A stretch of DNA of 64,000 nucleotides from the human T2T-CHM13v2.0 reference genome, Homo sapiens: NCBI RefSeq assembly GCF_009914755.1, contig NC_060945.1, one strand, 5' to 3'. Of the stretch, positions 27,615 through 44,700 are shown one piece after another. The position numbers and the translations under genes are program-made. A model generated the notes under the pieces. The model had not been told where the DNA came from, made no database searches, and saw nothing but the letters and a program-made list of their open reading frames with translations. Each line of letters begins with the position of its first letter. Position 1 is the first letter of the stretch.

Positions 27615-30600
27615 TTCAGGTTTTAGTTCCAGCATGTAAATAGCATGGAAATCACAGTTTTCAAGGGTTATAAGAAAGTCCTTACAACAAATAAAAGCAG
27701 AACAAACTAAAATTAAGGATTTTACTAAGACTCTTCAGGGAATAGAGGTCACAGGGCAAACAACCACTCCAAATTGCAGAAAATGGGTAAATCCAGAGAA
27801 TCACAGCCCAAAATTGCTTCCCAGGAATAGAAATCATAAGCTGTGAACAGGTAGGAACAGTTAAATGGGAATTTTGTTGGGTTATTGGAACTTGAGAGGA
27901 CAATTGATTAAGATAAATACTGTCCTGAGGGTTGTATTTTTAGACAACCCCAACAGTTTTGTGGAATTTCGACTCCAGAGGCCTCATCAAGTTTTCCTTG
28001 TGAAGATTTAATAAAAATTCCTCTGCAGCTCTGGCATGAAGCAGGGAAGAGTAATACTTCTGAGTATTGTCCAGCACCTTCTCTATGGCAAATTTCATCT
28101 GCCAGAGGCAGGACTTTACTAGAGCCTTGTCCCAGAAATTAGGCATTTTCATTTTATTCCAGTTCCTTCTAGTTTTGCTGTATGCCTGAAGAAAAGAAAA
28201 GCAAAAAGTTATATTAGAAGAAACACTGGTGAATGTCACAAGCCAAGGACACAGGCCCATTAAAGATAGATTTTGTTGAAAAATTTCTCCCACACTTTAC
28301 CAGCATATCAACAGGGTTACAATATAATAGTACATATGGCAAATTACACCTGAAAAACCTTGAGACAAAAACTTTCTTTGAGGAAACCTACTAAGGAAAG
28401 CTGGAAGTGGAGAGTAAAGACAAGAACAAGGACACTGGGGAAATTTGAAGCCACTGGCACCTATAGCTAGTACAGGTACTAACAAAGGTCAAATTTTAAT
28501 CATATTAATGCAAACCTTTAACTGGACAGCTATTTATTCAGTTCTTATTACCCAGTGAATGAATTCTGGATTTCAACAGCAACAACAATAACAACAAAAT
28601 AGAAGACACACCAAAAGGCAAAATAAAACAAAATAGTCTGAAGAAGTCAATCATCAAAACATGACTCAGATATAAAACCAATGTTTGCTTTATCAAGTAG
28701 AAAGTTTAACATAGTTATGACTAATATCTTAATTATTATTAAAAGAAGAGAACATGAAAACAGGTTGACAATGCAAGAAGAGATAGAGAGACTAAGAAAT
28801 ACTTTAAAGGAAATGCTAGAAATCAAAAACATTTTATGTATCAACAACTACTTTAACTAAGCTAGAGCACCTAGTTGTTTGGTCAAACATTAATCTAGAT
28901 GCGGCTTTGAAGGTATTTTGTAGATGTGATTAACATCTACAATCAGTTGACTTTTTTATTTAGAAGATTATTCTTGATATTGTTGGGAGAGACTGGGCTT
29001 ATCTCATCAGTTGAAGGCCTTATGAGCAAAAACTGGATTCCTGGCAGGGGGGAAAAAATCTGTCCTCAAGACTGTACCATGGAAATCCTGCCTGAATTTC
29101 TTGCCTGTTTTCTGCCTTGTTAATTTGTCACTCAAAACTGCAATATCAACTCCAGTCTAAATTTCCTGCCTGCTGCCTGCCCTGTAGATAACAGACATTC
29201 CAGTCCTCACAATTGCATCAGTCAATTACTTAAAATAAATCACAAGTATCTTTCAAAATAGATAGACTAGATAGGTAGGTAGGTAGGTAGGTAAGTAGGT
29301 AGGTCAGTCGATCCCAGATCTTATTAGTCTGTTTTTTGGGAAGATCCTGAAGAGATTTACTTCCAGAACTAAATGTAAAGAGAAATGTTAATAGAAAAAA
29401 TAGAGCTTCTACGATTTAAACGGTAATTTCAAAATGTAAAAAGTATGCATTTTTAAGGTACCAGAAATAGATGAAAGGGAGAATGGACAAAAAGAAATAT
29501 TTGAAGCAATAATGGCTGAAAACTTTCCAGAAGTGGTGGCAGACAACACAGCACAGATCCTTGAAGTGCAAAGAATACCATGCCAATTAAACACCAAAAT
29601 AACAACGATAATAACTAAAAAAAAAAAAAAACTTCAAAACTAGGCATATTATATTTCAATTGTAGCAAATCAAAAACAAAGAGAGATGTTGAACCAAGCC
29701 AGTGTATGTTTGTGAGTAAGAGTGAAGCACCTAAGATTTTCTTCTTTTTTTTTTTTTTGGCTTGATAGGAACAAGAATAAGAATTAGAGTAGAGTATTTT
29801 GTGAGAAATTCCACCAACTAGAATTATCTATTCAGAGAAATTGTCCTTCAAAAGTGAAGGAGAATAAAGACATACTCAGACAAGTAAAATATTGAGAAAA
29901 TTTATTCCTAGTATCTATTCCTCAAGAAATGTGAAATATTTCCTTTTGGCAAGAGAAAAATATCACAGGTTAGAGACATATCTACATAATGAAAGGAAAC
30001 GCATCAAAGAAGGAATAAGGAAAATATATTTTCTTATTCTTAATTTATCTAAAATAATGGATCATTTAAAGTAATACCAGTAACAATATAATGGTTGATT
30101 GTAGAATAAATATAAATGAAAAATAATGTCAACAACTTTATAAGACATGGGAAGGAGGAATTAAGATTATAGTGTGATAAGTTATGTGTATTATACATAA
30201 AGTGGTATGGTGCTTTTTGAAGGTTGATTGTAATGCAATTGTAAACTATAAGCCAAGTACTTATAACATTTTAGAAAGATGCCTAATTACTGTGCAAAAT
30301 GAGAAAATAAAATGGGAATATAAAATGCTCAATTAATTATAGAGAAGACAGAAAAGTAGGAGAAATTTATATTAAATTATAATTTTATAATAAATTATAA
30401 TTTTATATAATTTAAGTAATAAATTATAAATTTAACAAATAGAAAGAATACTGTATATTAATCCAACTGTATCGATCATCACTTTAAATATCAATGGCCT
30501 AAACGTACCATTTTAAAGACAGAGATTGTCAGAGTGAATAAAATAAGAAGACTTAACTTTATGTTAGACAAATTAAATTCACTTTAAATATAGAGAATCT

Positions 30601-31270
30601 TATAGATTTGAAGTAAAGAACTGGAGAAAAATATGTCATGCTGATGTTAATAAAAGAAAACCATACAGACAAAGCCAACTTAATAACAAGAAAACTTATT
30701 AAGGATAAAGAGGGACATTGTATAAATAAAACAATGACCAACTCTGCAAGTCAAAAATAATCCTAATTTTCTAAGCATTTAGCAAAGAAGATGAATATGA
30801 ATGTGGACAAAAAAACTGATAGAACTCCAGGTAGAAACACACGAAATCCACTATTATTGATGTCTTAAATATACTTTCATAATTGATAGTAAGGAAATAA
30901 ATATCAGTAAATATATAGTTGATCTGAACAACACTATCAACCAATGTAATTTAGTAGGCATTTATGGAACACTAAATCACTGGATAAATTGAAAACTAAG
31001 AAGGAATATTAATAGAATAAAATATAATGGATTAGAATAGCATAGGGTAAGACAAATCATTCATAAAGATTTTAAAATAATTTATGTAGGCACTCTTCCA
31101 TAAAAGAAAGTGGAACTAACCTCTCCACTTCTCAATTTTGACATGAAAATAGCGAGTTCGTTCCAAAAAGTACAATATAAATGAGTCAAGAGTGGGTGCA
31201 CTTTACATCAGAAAAATCTGGCAAATGCAATCTCAGCTAAGTGATCAAAGTCAATATTAATTCATACTGA
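27615..31270 (+). mobile_element. Ancient L1M (L1MC/MD-like) 5' end, ORF1 and 3' remnants
   Basis: 'gaaatatttgaagcaataatggctgaaaactttcca', 'aaattgtccttcaaaagtgaaggagaataaagaca', 'ctttaaatatcaatggcctaaac'. Confidence 0.65.
28830..29350 (+). mobile_element. MLT2D-like ERV-L LTR containing a (TAGG)n tract
   Basis: 'ggtcaaacattaatctagatgcggctttgaaggtattttgtagatgtgattaacat...cagttgaaggcctta'; (TAGG)n at ~29259-29304. Confidence 0.75.
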
Positions 31271-31359
31271 GATTCTCCAGTGGGCAACAATACTCACATC
31301 TTGATACTGACTTGAACATTAAATCTCGTAAGTTAACAACTTCCTTATTAATAAATTTA

Positions 31360-34430
<3,071 letters not shown>

Positions 34431-34520
34431 GTTGATAGGATTATCTGGATTTTGTAACTAGAAATGTTTACTTAAAACCCCAGAAACATCTTATTAGATA
34501 ATAAGTTTAGACCACTTTCT

Positions 34521-34752
34521 TTTTCTTTTTCTTTCTCTTTTTTTTTTTTTCTTTGAGACAGAGTCTTACACCGTCACCTGGGCTGGAGTGCAATGGCGCG
34601 ATCTCTGCCTACTGCAACCCCGCCTCCCAGGTTCACGCGATTCTCCTGCCTCAGCCTCCCGAGGAGCTGGGATTACAGGTGCACACCACTACACCCAGAT
34701 AATTTTTTTCTATTTTTAGTAGAGACGGGGTCTCACTATGTTGGCCAGACTG
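34521..34752 (-). mobile_element. 5'-truncated AluSg7-like element
   Basis: Perfect 18-bp TSD aagtttagaccactttct at 34503-34520 and 34753-34770; motifs gttcacgcgattc and ctatgttggccagactg. Confidence 0.85.
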
Positions 34753-34800
34753 AAGTTTAGACCACTTTCTGCAGAGGAAAAGCAGTAATTATTCTAAGGT

Positions 34801-34804
<4 letters not shown>

Positions 34805-34845
<41 letters not shown>
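34805..34845. repeat. (TG)n microsatellite, about 20 units
   Basis: Directly visible, nearly pure. Confidence 0.95.
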
Positions 34846-34848
<3 letters not shown>

Positions 34849-36782
34849 TTTATTATTTTTTAGAATAGATCATTGTAAAATTGGGAAGATATAGTCAAAT
34901 CAATATGTTTAGACTTTTCTGAGAACCATTCTAGCTACACTAATTGTAACCACAGATGTTGGTTATTGATGGAAGAGAAATCCAGCTGGCCCATGGAGTA
35001 GTAAGTCACATAGAGTCATGAAACATAACTGAAGGATGTTTACATCTAATAGGAAAAAAAATTAAGAGAAAAATAATTTGCCATACTTTGATCATTTTAA
35101 TAGAAATTATTACAAAGAATATTGAATTATAAAAGAAATATACCATAGGTATAAAATTAATTATATTTTAGTGCTAATAATGAGAATTTTCCTAGTTTAT
35201 TTCATTTCATATTAGTCTAATATTATTTTAATGTCATTTTAAAGGACTTTTCAGTTCTTTAAGTTTTTCCTTATTTTAATGAATTAATATTTTAAATTTT
35301 TATAGTGGACCAATGACATCTCAGGCTTGTAATATAATAACTTAGGGAAATATGGTTTTCTGTTATAATCTAAAAATAAACCATGGTCAGTAATCAATTT
35401 TCTTGATTCCATTAAATCATAAGTGTATTGAGGTCAAGAGTACAAGGTGGAAATTGTCAGCCTATTAATTCATTAAATATTTAGTTCAGCTTTTAGAAAC
35501 ATATTTAAATATCTATTACACACCTTCCTAGCATTACTTGTCTCACTTTTTTCTTTTTTATGGTTATTTTGAATTACAAATGTTTATGTGTCAAAACTAA
35601 ACATTTTTTAAAACTATGTAAATACATACATTTGTATTTATACTATATATTGCATTGTCTCCTCCTCTGAAAGACCAATGATATCAGACATTTCAAATAG
35701 AAAACCTAAACAGCATAATTAGGTAGAATAATCCCCTTTATGTGATTTCTTCTACAGAATCGCTCATGCATAATCAGGAAATGTTACTTTCTGAAGTAAA
35801 TGTTGGTTCCAGTGTACAGCTCCACTGCATTTTCATTGGCAACCTCTCTCTGCATGATTCTAAAAGATGGATCGCTTAAATATGACGTTATAGAGGGTTC
35901 ATTTTCTTCTACTTCCAACTACGATGATTACATGTAGAGTTATTCTATTCTCACTTTTAAAGAAAACTCAATAAATAAAAAAAATTAAAGCTTTTAGCTC
36001 TGGAGAGAAAGCAATCTATCCTCCAATGTGAAATAATAGGAAATAAGTCATTTTTATCATTTATGTAACATTCCTGTTAATATTAATATCCCGCCTTTAA
36101 TTGGTTCCTCTGGACATTCAATCAACTCAACATATTCAATTTTACTGAGAACACAACTGTGAATATACTCAAAAGTTTCAAAAAGTATAACTGTTAAAAG
36201 TGCAGACAGGAAATTATGGTCATTAAATCTCACACAGCTTCAGCTACTTTTGAAAGTATTTTGACATTCTGCAAATATATTAAAAAACCATTGACATAAA
36301 AATTGTATGTTAAGTTAAACTGTATTATTATTATTGTTTAGAAAAATATTCATCTTTGACAGGGAATAGTTTCAAAAGAAACCTGCTGATATGATTTAGG
36401 ATACTTGTAAGTATATGTGTGCAGTATCATTTACCTGGTTTTTTGGGAAAATATTTATCCAAAAATTTTATCTTGAATTCTTTAAAAATATCATGACCTT
36501 TTAAAATTCAGAACAAAATATTTTATTGTCACCTTTATTGTTTGACCAAATGTATTGCACATTCAGAATAGCATTTTCTGTGAAACATTCTCCATTAGAA
36601 TAAATACCAGAAATTCAATTAATAAGTACGTCAACACAGTTATACTAATATAATCAGATAGCATAATAAACCACCTTTACAACATTCTCTACAATATTCT
36701 ACAATATTCTCTAGCTCCATTATATAAGTTTTTTTAAAATATATGTTTTCGCCTCATATATTGACAACTTAGATTACCCTAG

Positions 36783-37321
36783 GTGATAGTTAATATTGTC
36801 AGCTTGATTGGATTGAAGGACGCAAAGTATTATTCCTGGTGTGTCTGTGATAATGTTGCCAAAGGAGATTAACATTTGAGTCAGTGCACTGGGAGAGGCA
36901 GACCCAGCCTCAGTCTAGGTGGGCGCCATCTAGTCAGCTGCCAGCAAGGCTAGGGTAAAAGCAGACAGACGAACGTGGAAAAACTAGACTGGCTGAGTAT
37001 TCCGGCCTTCATCTTTCTCCCATGCTGGGTGCTTCCTGCTCTCAAACATTGGACTCCAAGTTCTTCACCTTTGGAATCTTGGACTTACACCAGTGGTTTA
37101 CCAAGGGCTCTCAGGCCTTTGGCCACAGACTGAAGGCTGCACTGTTAACATCCCTACTCTTGAGGTTTGGGGACTCAGACTGGCTTCCTTGCTCCTCAGC
37201 TTGCAGATGGCCTATGGTGGGACTTCACCTTGTGATCGTGAGAGTCAACACTCCTTAATAAATTCCCTTTCATATATAAATCTATCCTATTAATCCTGTC
37301 CCTCTAGAGAACCCTAATACA
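36783..37321 (+). mobile_element. MLT2A2-like (HERV-L) LTR
   Basis: 'cttgattggattgaaggacgcaaagtatt...gccaaaggagattaacatttgagtcagtg...ctgtccctctagagaaccctaataca'. Confidence 0.88.
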
Positions 37322-37690
37322 GATGTTGGTAGCGGTAGAGTGGGGTACTGCTATAAGGATACCCCAAAATGTGGAAGCGACTTTGGAACTAGGTAACAGA
37401 CAGAGGTTGGAACAGTTTGGAGGGCTCAGAAGAATACAGAAAAATATGGGAAAGTTTGGAACTTCCTAGAGACTTATTGAATGGTTTTGACCAAAATGCT
37501 AATAGTGATATTGACAAGAAAGTTCAGGCTAAGGTGGTCTCAGAAGGAGATGAGAAACTTCTTGGGAACTAGAGCAAAGATCATTCTTGTTATTCTTTAG
37601 AAAAAGAGACTGGCAGCATTTTGCCCCAGCTCTGGAGATCTGTGGAACTTTGGACTGGAGAGAGATGGTTTGGAATTGACACTTATGTTT
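37322..37690 (+). mobile_element. THE1/MSTA-type MaLR internal 5' segment
   Basis: 'gtagagtggggtactgctataaggataccccaaaatgtggaagcgactttggaactaggtaacagacagaggttggaacagtttggagggctcagaagaa'. Confidence 0.88.
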
Positions 37691-37767
37691 TCTGATGCTA
37701 CAATAAAATAATGTTTTGTCTACTTATATTCTAGCCTACTAATACAACATGAGTATTGCATGGTCAG

Positions 37768-37937
37768 AAAATAGCCAGATGTGGTGGCATGTGCAGGTAA
37801 TCCCATCATGTCAGCCTCTGGATTATCTGGAATTATATAGGCACATACCCACACAACTGGCTATTTTAAAACTTCTAATTTATTTATTTATTTATTTTGT
37901 AGAGACACGGTCTCACTATGTTGCCCAAGCTGACCTT
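37768..37937 (-). mobile_element. AluJ/FLAM fragments (short + strand piece abutting a - strand piece)
   Basis: 'ttgtagagacacggtctcactatgttgcccaagctg'; upstream 'aaaatagccagatgtggtggcatgtgc'. Confidence 0.65.
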
Positions 37938-38039
37938 GTTCATATTTCTTCTTCCAGAATATTTCATATCCTGTAGTAAGCAGTCCTCCCAGTTTTTGTT
38001 TAAATGAAATGAAGTTATGTATTTCCTACATTTAAAAAG

Positions 38040-39545
38040 AAAAGTATCTTCATTGAGAACAGAATTCTTACAGAATGGGAGAAAGCATTTGCAAAATATA
38101 TATATTATATGAGACCTGTACCTAGAATACATTTTAAAATTTTTGCACCTCAATGAGAAGTCATAAAACCTCATCAAATCAAGGAAATCTAAATATAAAC
38201 CCTAGCCAGCAATTGAATGGGAACTTTATCATATGAAATACATAGAGGTCAAGTAATCATGTAAAAAAACTCCAATTTTTGGAATTAAAAAGAAAACTCA
38301 AAGTCTAAAAAATAGCAAAGCTAAAAAAATAGCAATGTGTCATCATTACACACCCCATAGAATGGTAAAAGTGTAAAACGATGCTCTTTACTAACTGCCG
38401 GTGAGGACATGGAACCATTATAACATTCATACATTTTGTGTATGATTGCATAAACACTTTGGATAGCAATTTTACAGTTACATAGAAATTTAAGCATCCA
38501 CTTACCAAATCACCTGGCCATTACATTCCTATATATTTACTCAAGAGAAAGAAATACATATGTTCATTCAAAGCTTTGGTTCATTGCTGTGTTATATGTA
38601 AAAGCTAAAACCTGGAAGCATCCAAAAATTTTTTTACCAGTGCAATGTAATACTACTCAGCAAAGAAACAGAATGGACGAATAAAAACGACGACGATAAA
38701 TCTCAAAATAATTATGTTTGTTTTTATTTTAAAAAATTACAAGGAAAGCATATCCAGTACAATTTCATTATATAAAATTCTAGAAAATACAATCTAATTT
38801 ATAATGACAGAAAGCAGACCAGTGCTTGCCTTCTCATTGCAATGTATGTGTTTACTACCAACGTGTCAAAACTCATCAATCTGTTTTTTAAAAAATGTGC
38901 ATATTATTGCAAAAATAAAATAAATTACAAATGCAAGGCAATAAAATATCTCAGTAGTCTTTGTTAAAAGCAAGACGCTTTAAAAAATGTAAGTAGAAAC
39001 AAGTAGGATTGCCAAATAATTTTGATTAAAAAAAGTCAAAAAGCCCATATGATTTTTTGTACTTATTAACTAATTATTAAGATTGTGTCATAATGGCTAA
39101 AGCATAGACATATGGGTAACAGAAATGTAACATATACCAGAAAGTAACATACTCATAATTAATGAATTGATTGTCAACAAAGGTCAAGACAATTCAATAA
39201 AAAAGAATTGATTTATTTAAAAAAAGTTATAAAATAATCTTATAGCCATAAGTAAAAAAATCATCTCAACGTACACCTTACAATTGAATACAATATTAAC
39301 TGGAATGTATCATAGATACAGCTATACATACAATGAAAACTATAAAACATCTGGATGAAAACATGGGAGAAAATATTTTTCAACTTCAATTTGGCAACTT
39401 TTTAAAATATAGGACATAAAATTCACAAAACAGAAAAGAAAATCAATAATTTGTACTTCACAAAAGTAAAAAACTTAAGAACATTGCTAAAAATAAAAGA
39501 CAAACAACAGAAAAAATGTTTCGATAACATATACCGGAAAATTAT
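38040..39545 (+). mobile_element. Ancient L1M (MD/ME-like) 3' fragments
   Basis: 'gaatgggagaaagcatttgcaaaat', 'acattcctatatatttactcaagagaaagaaatacatatgttca', 'atgacagaaagcagaccagtgcttgcct'. Confidence 0.6.
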
Positions 39546-39549
39546 TTTA

Positions 39550-39725
39550 TATATATATATAATAATTTTATATTATATATTATATTATACATATATAATT
39601 ATATATATTTTGTATATATAATTATATATTATATTATATATATAATTATATATATATAATATATATATATAATTATATATATATAATATATATATATAAT
39701 TATATATATATATTATATACATATA
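39550..39725. repeat. (TA)n-rich low-complexity tract
   Basis: About 175 bp of almost pure A/T with repeated 'atatatataattatatat'. Confidence 0.9.
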
Positions 39726-39729
39726 ATCA

Positions 39730-40318
<589 letters not shown>

Positions 40319-40319
40319 T

Positions 40320-43300
40320 TGTCTCTATTTTCAGTAACATCATAGTCTAAGTAGAAAATTACTAGGAATCAGTTAAAATGGGCATAGTATTTGCATGATA
40401 CATCACTAGTATATAAAAATCAGTTGCTTTCCCATACATCAGAAATCAACTATTGGAATTTGAAATTAAAGGGAAAAATCAGTGTCATTTTCAAAATCAC
40501 ACACCAAAATGAAGTGATTATGTACACATATAACACAAATGTATAGAACCTACATGCAGAAAAGTGTAAAACACTAAAGAAAAAAAAGAATATGTAAATA
40601 AATGGAAAGATATTCTGTATTTGTAGATTGAGCGACTTACCTATTGACAAGATGTCAGTTCTTCCCAATCTAATCTGTATTGACTGCAATATCAGTCAAA
40701 ATACCAGTAAGCAATTTTGTGAGTATTGAAAAATTGATTCTTAATGTATATAAGAAGGCAAAGACCTGTAATATCTAACACAATGCTAAGGAAGAAAACC
40801 AAACCTGGAGGACTCACCATATCAAATTTCAATAGCATCATATTGACCAAAGAATAGGCACATAGAGTAATGGACTACATCAAGGAGAATACAAATAGAC
40901 TCTCATATAGTCAACAGATCTTTGACAAAAGAGTAAAGGCAATTTAGTGAAAAAGAATGATCTTTTAAACAAATTGAAACAATTGAACATTTAAATGCTA
41001 AAAATGAACTTAGATATAAACATTACACCTTTTACAAAAATTAACTCAAAATGACTCATAGGCCTAAATGTAAATGTAAATGTAAAATATAAAATTATAG
41101 AATTTCATGAGTAAACATAAAATATATATGACCTTTAGTTTGAAAATGAGCTTTAATTACAACACCAATGGCATGATCTGTCAAATAACAATTATTGTTT
41201 GACTTTTTTAAATGTAAAAATTCTGCACTGCAAAAGACTTTTATGAGAATAAAGAAAATGAATGAACAGACTGACAGAAAATATTTACAAGTGCAGATTT
41301 GAAAACATACTTGTATATAAAGTATTTTTAAAATTGAACTCAACAATAAGAAAAAATAATATTTAAAATGGGCAAAAGTCTGAACAAACACACCAAAATA
41401 TATGGATTTAAAATAATTAAATGAGAAGATGCTCAGGACCATTTGTTAACAGAAAAATGTAAATTAAAGCTACAATGAAGTACCACCATATATCTATTAG
41501 AATCAGAATCACTAAAACCCAAAGGCTAACGATACCAAATGCTGACAATAATACATGAAACAGGAACTCTGATTCATCTGGAGGAAATGCAAAATGATAC
41601 ACTTATACTGGAACACAGCATTTTCTTACAACTCAACAATTAGGCTCCTTGACATTTACCCAACTGAGTTGATTGAATACTTAGGTTGACAGAAAACCTA
41701 GACACAGGATTTTTGGCAACTTATTTGTATTTGCCAAAAATGGGAAGCAACCAAGGTATCCATTGATATGTGAATGGATAACAAATCATAGTACATCCAT
41801 ATAATGGAATTTGATTTAGTGATAAAGAGAGATATGCTTCAAATCATAAAAGACATTACAAAACATAACTCCATATTGCTAAGTGAGAGATGCCAGTCTA
41901 AAAAAGCTGCACAGTGCCAAATTCAATTACACGAATTTCAGGAAAAGACAAAACTATCGAGTCAGTAAACACATCAGTGGTTCTGTCACAATCAGGAGGA
42001 AGATGAATAGTTGAAGCATAGGAGATTTCCTAGAGCAGAAAAACTATTCAATATGACATTGTAATGATGAATTCATGACCACAAGCATTTGTCAAAACCT
42101 ATAGAACTTTGCAGTTTAACTTTAATGAATACACATTTTTAAAAATTTATTTAAATGCTGGGAATTTTAAGATGGAATGAAGAATGTGACAATAATCTAA
42201 ATGTATTACAAATGAATGAAATAACCTCACTAAAGGGGTGGAACAATAAAGTGATGACTTAAGCAACTTTGGAAATGCATGAACTCTGTAATACTAAAGG
42301 GACCCAGAAGAGTTGAATAGTGCTGTTTTCCATTGAAGTATTGGTTAACTATTCTGAAACCACAAATACATATATACTAAAACTGAAAAATTATGTAAAT
42401 AGATGGTGAATGATAGAGACAAATTTCATCATTGTTGAAATGGGAAGTCACAGAAAACATGTTATAGAGGCTAAAATGAATTATATGTTAATGGGTTAGA
42501 GTTGAAGACATCAGCATAAACTCTTTTTAGCTTAATATTGATACAGATCGTTCCACATAAAAACATTTATAGATATGTATATACAGCACTCCCATAGAAA
42601 TGAGCACAACCAGCATACAGATCTTCACTTCTAATACCATTGACTAATAAAACGAATGAGGAATCATTGGAACAATTGCTGAATCTAGGGCTGGGGTAGA
42701 AAATATACAAGACAAGATATCAAGTTTTTGTAGTGTCAGAAAGTGACAAAAAATTAAAAAAAAAAAAAAAAACCCTCACAGTGATGGAGTATGTCAAAGG
42801 GCCCCAGGAATTAAAAAAAAAAAACTCCCATTGACAAAATATGGAACAATTATAACAGGAAATATGTAAAATTGTACTTAGTTATAACCCAAATTATAGA
42901 ATAATTTTCCATGAGTCCATACTAAAATAAGTAAATGATGGAATAAATAAATAAATGGAAGAGAATAGACCAATCATTTGAGTAGACGAATTCCAAATAA
43001 TAAATGTAGATACTCTGCTCTTATCGAAGTGGAACATGATTCTTCACTTTTTAAGTGTGGGCAGTATATAATGCCTTCTATGTAGGGAAGGAGGAACAGA
43101 GTAACTTAACATTGGAGAAACCTGCCAAACACTATCTCTACCAGGAGATTGAGGTCAACATGAAAAGTGATACATAATATTTATGGTGCATATGCTTGAT
43201 ATGATGTGATAAGAATGGCACTTTACACCTCCCAAAAAAGACATTACTTCAGTCTAATCATGAGAAAAAAAATTAACTAAGTGCCAATTGAAGGCTGTTC

Positions 43301-43655
43301 TGCAAAATACCTGACCAGTACTCCTTGCAACTTTAAATATCATACAAAACAAGGAAAGTCTCAGAAACTGTCACAGCTGAGAGGAAGCTAAGAAGACCTA
43401 ATAGCTAAATGTAGTATCATATTCTGGATGGAATCCTGAAACAACAAAAACAAACGGACATTATGAAAAAACAGGAAAACCCCAGTAAAATATATTCTGT
43501 AATCAAAATATATGAATCTCGGTTCATTTTTACAAATATACTACTGTAATATAATAAATTAATAGGGGTAACTAAGGGTAGATTATACAGAAACTTCCTG
43601 TACTGTCTTCTCAATAATTCTGTAGATCCAAAATTGTTCTAAAATAAAATGTAGT
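40320..43655 (+). mobile_element. L1MC (L1MC3-like) ORF2 end and 3' UTR
   Basis: 'aaatggaaagatattctgt', 'caagatgtcagttcttcccaa', 'aaaatacctgaccagtactcct...aaacaaggaaagtctcagaaactgtcacag', terminal 'tctaaaataaaa'. Confidence 0.75.
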
Positions 43656-44444
43656 TTTAAGAAATAATTTCACTATTTTTATTAGGAGTAAAATGATATG
43701 AATTAGTAAGCAAATAGATTAGATTATTGTTGTCAGTAACTTTCCTCATTTGATCATTTAATACCAAGCAAATATTGTTTCTTCCCAGCTTCCTTTAACC
43801 TTGGATTGTGGATTTATTTTCTTTGTTTCTATTGCTTATTAAACAGTCTTGACCTCTCTTCACTGAATCTAATATATCCACCAAATGCTGTTATTCAGTT
43901 CTTAATCTTAGCCATCAATTTCTGTAAGAGTAAGAGAATACACTAAGTGAAAATAGATTTAATAGGGATAGACAATGATTCACAGTGTTCCAGAGAGGCC
44001 ATTAAGATAACAAATAATGCATGTCTCTTTGAATATATAAAAATGAAATTACTAAAAAAAAAATCTACATTAGTTTTGGCTTTGAATATAATTTAAACCA
44101 CACTGTTTGTTTTACTTTCTCTATAGGCTTTATATTTATAACACAACAATTTATTTTAATCAATTTTGTTGCACATTTATTCCAAACAATAAATACAACA
44201 ATTGGTAATTTCATATGATTATTAATGAAAACATCATTAACCTTTAATACAGAAGGGTAAGGCATTTTTTAGTATGCATATAAAAATTTTTGAAAAATAA
44301 TTCTATAGCTAAATAAATCAATAAGAAGATTGGGAGAGTGGATATAATAAAAGTTGATAAGAGATACAAGTCATTTATGGTGTTTATTGTATTATATGTC
44401 AATATTGAAAGAAACTCAAACTTCTTTTTAAGTTTACTTCTTTT

Positions 44445-44700
44445 TTTCTTTTTTTTTTAATTGAACAATGAGAGCACATGGACACAGGAAGGGGAATATC
44501 ACACACTGGGGCCTGTTGTGGGGTGGGGGGAAGGGGGAGGGATAGCATTAGGAGATATACCTAATGCTAAATGACGAGTTAATGGGTGCAGCACACCGAC
44601 ATGGCACATGTATACATGTGTAACAAACCTGCACATTGTGCACATGTACCCTAAAACTTAAAGTATAATAATAATAAAATTTAAAAAAAAAGAAAAAAAA
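44445..44700 (+). mobile_element. L1PA3-like 3' end with poly(T) on the left and poly(A) on the right (inverted, twin-primed type)
   Basis: 17-bp TSD ttaagtttacttctttt at 44428-44444 and 44701-44717; 'cctaatgctaaatgacgagttaatgggtgcagcacacc'. Confidence 0.88.
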
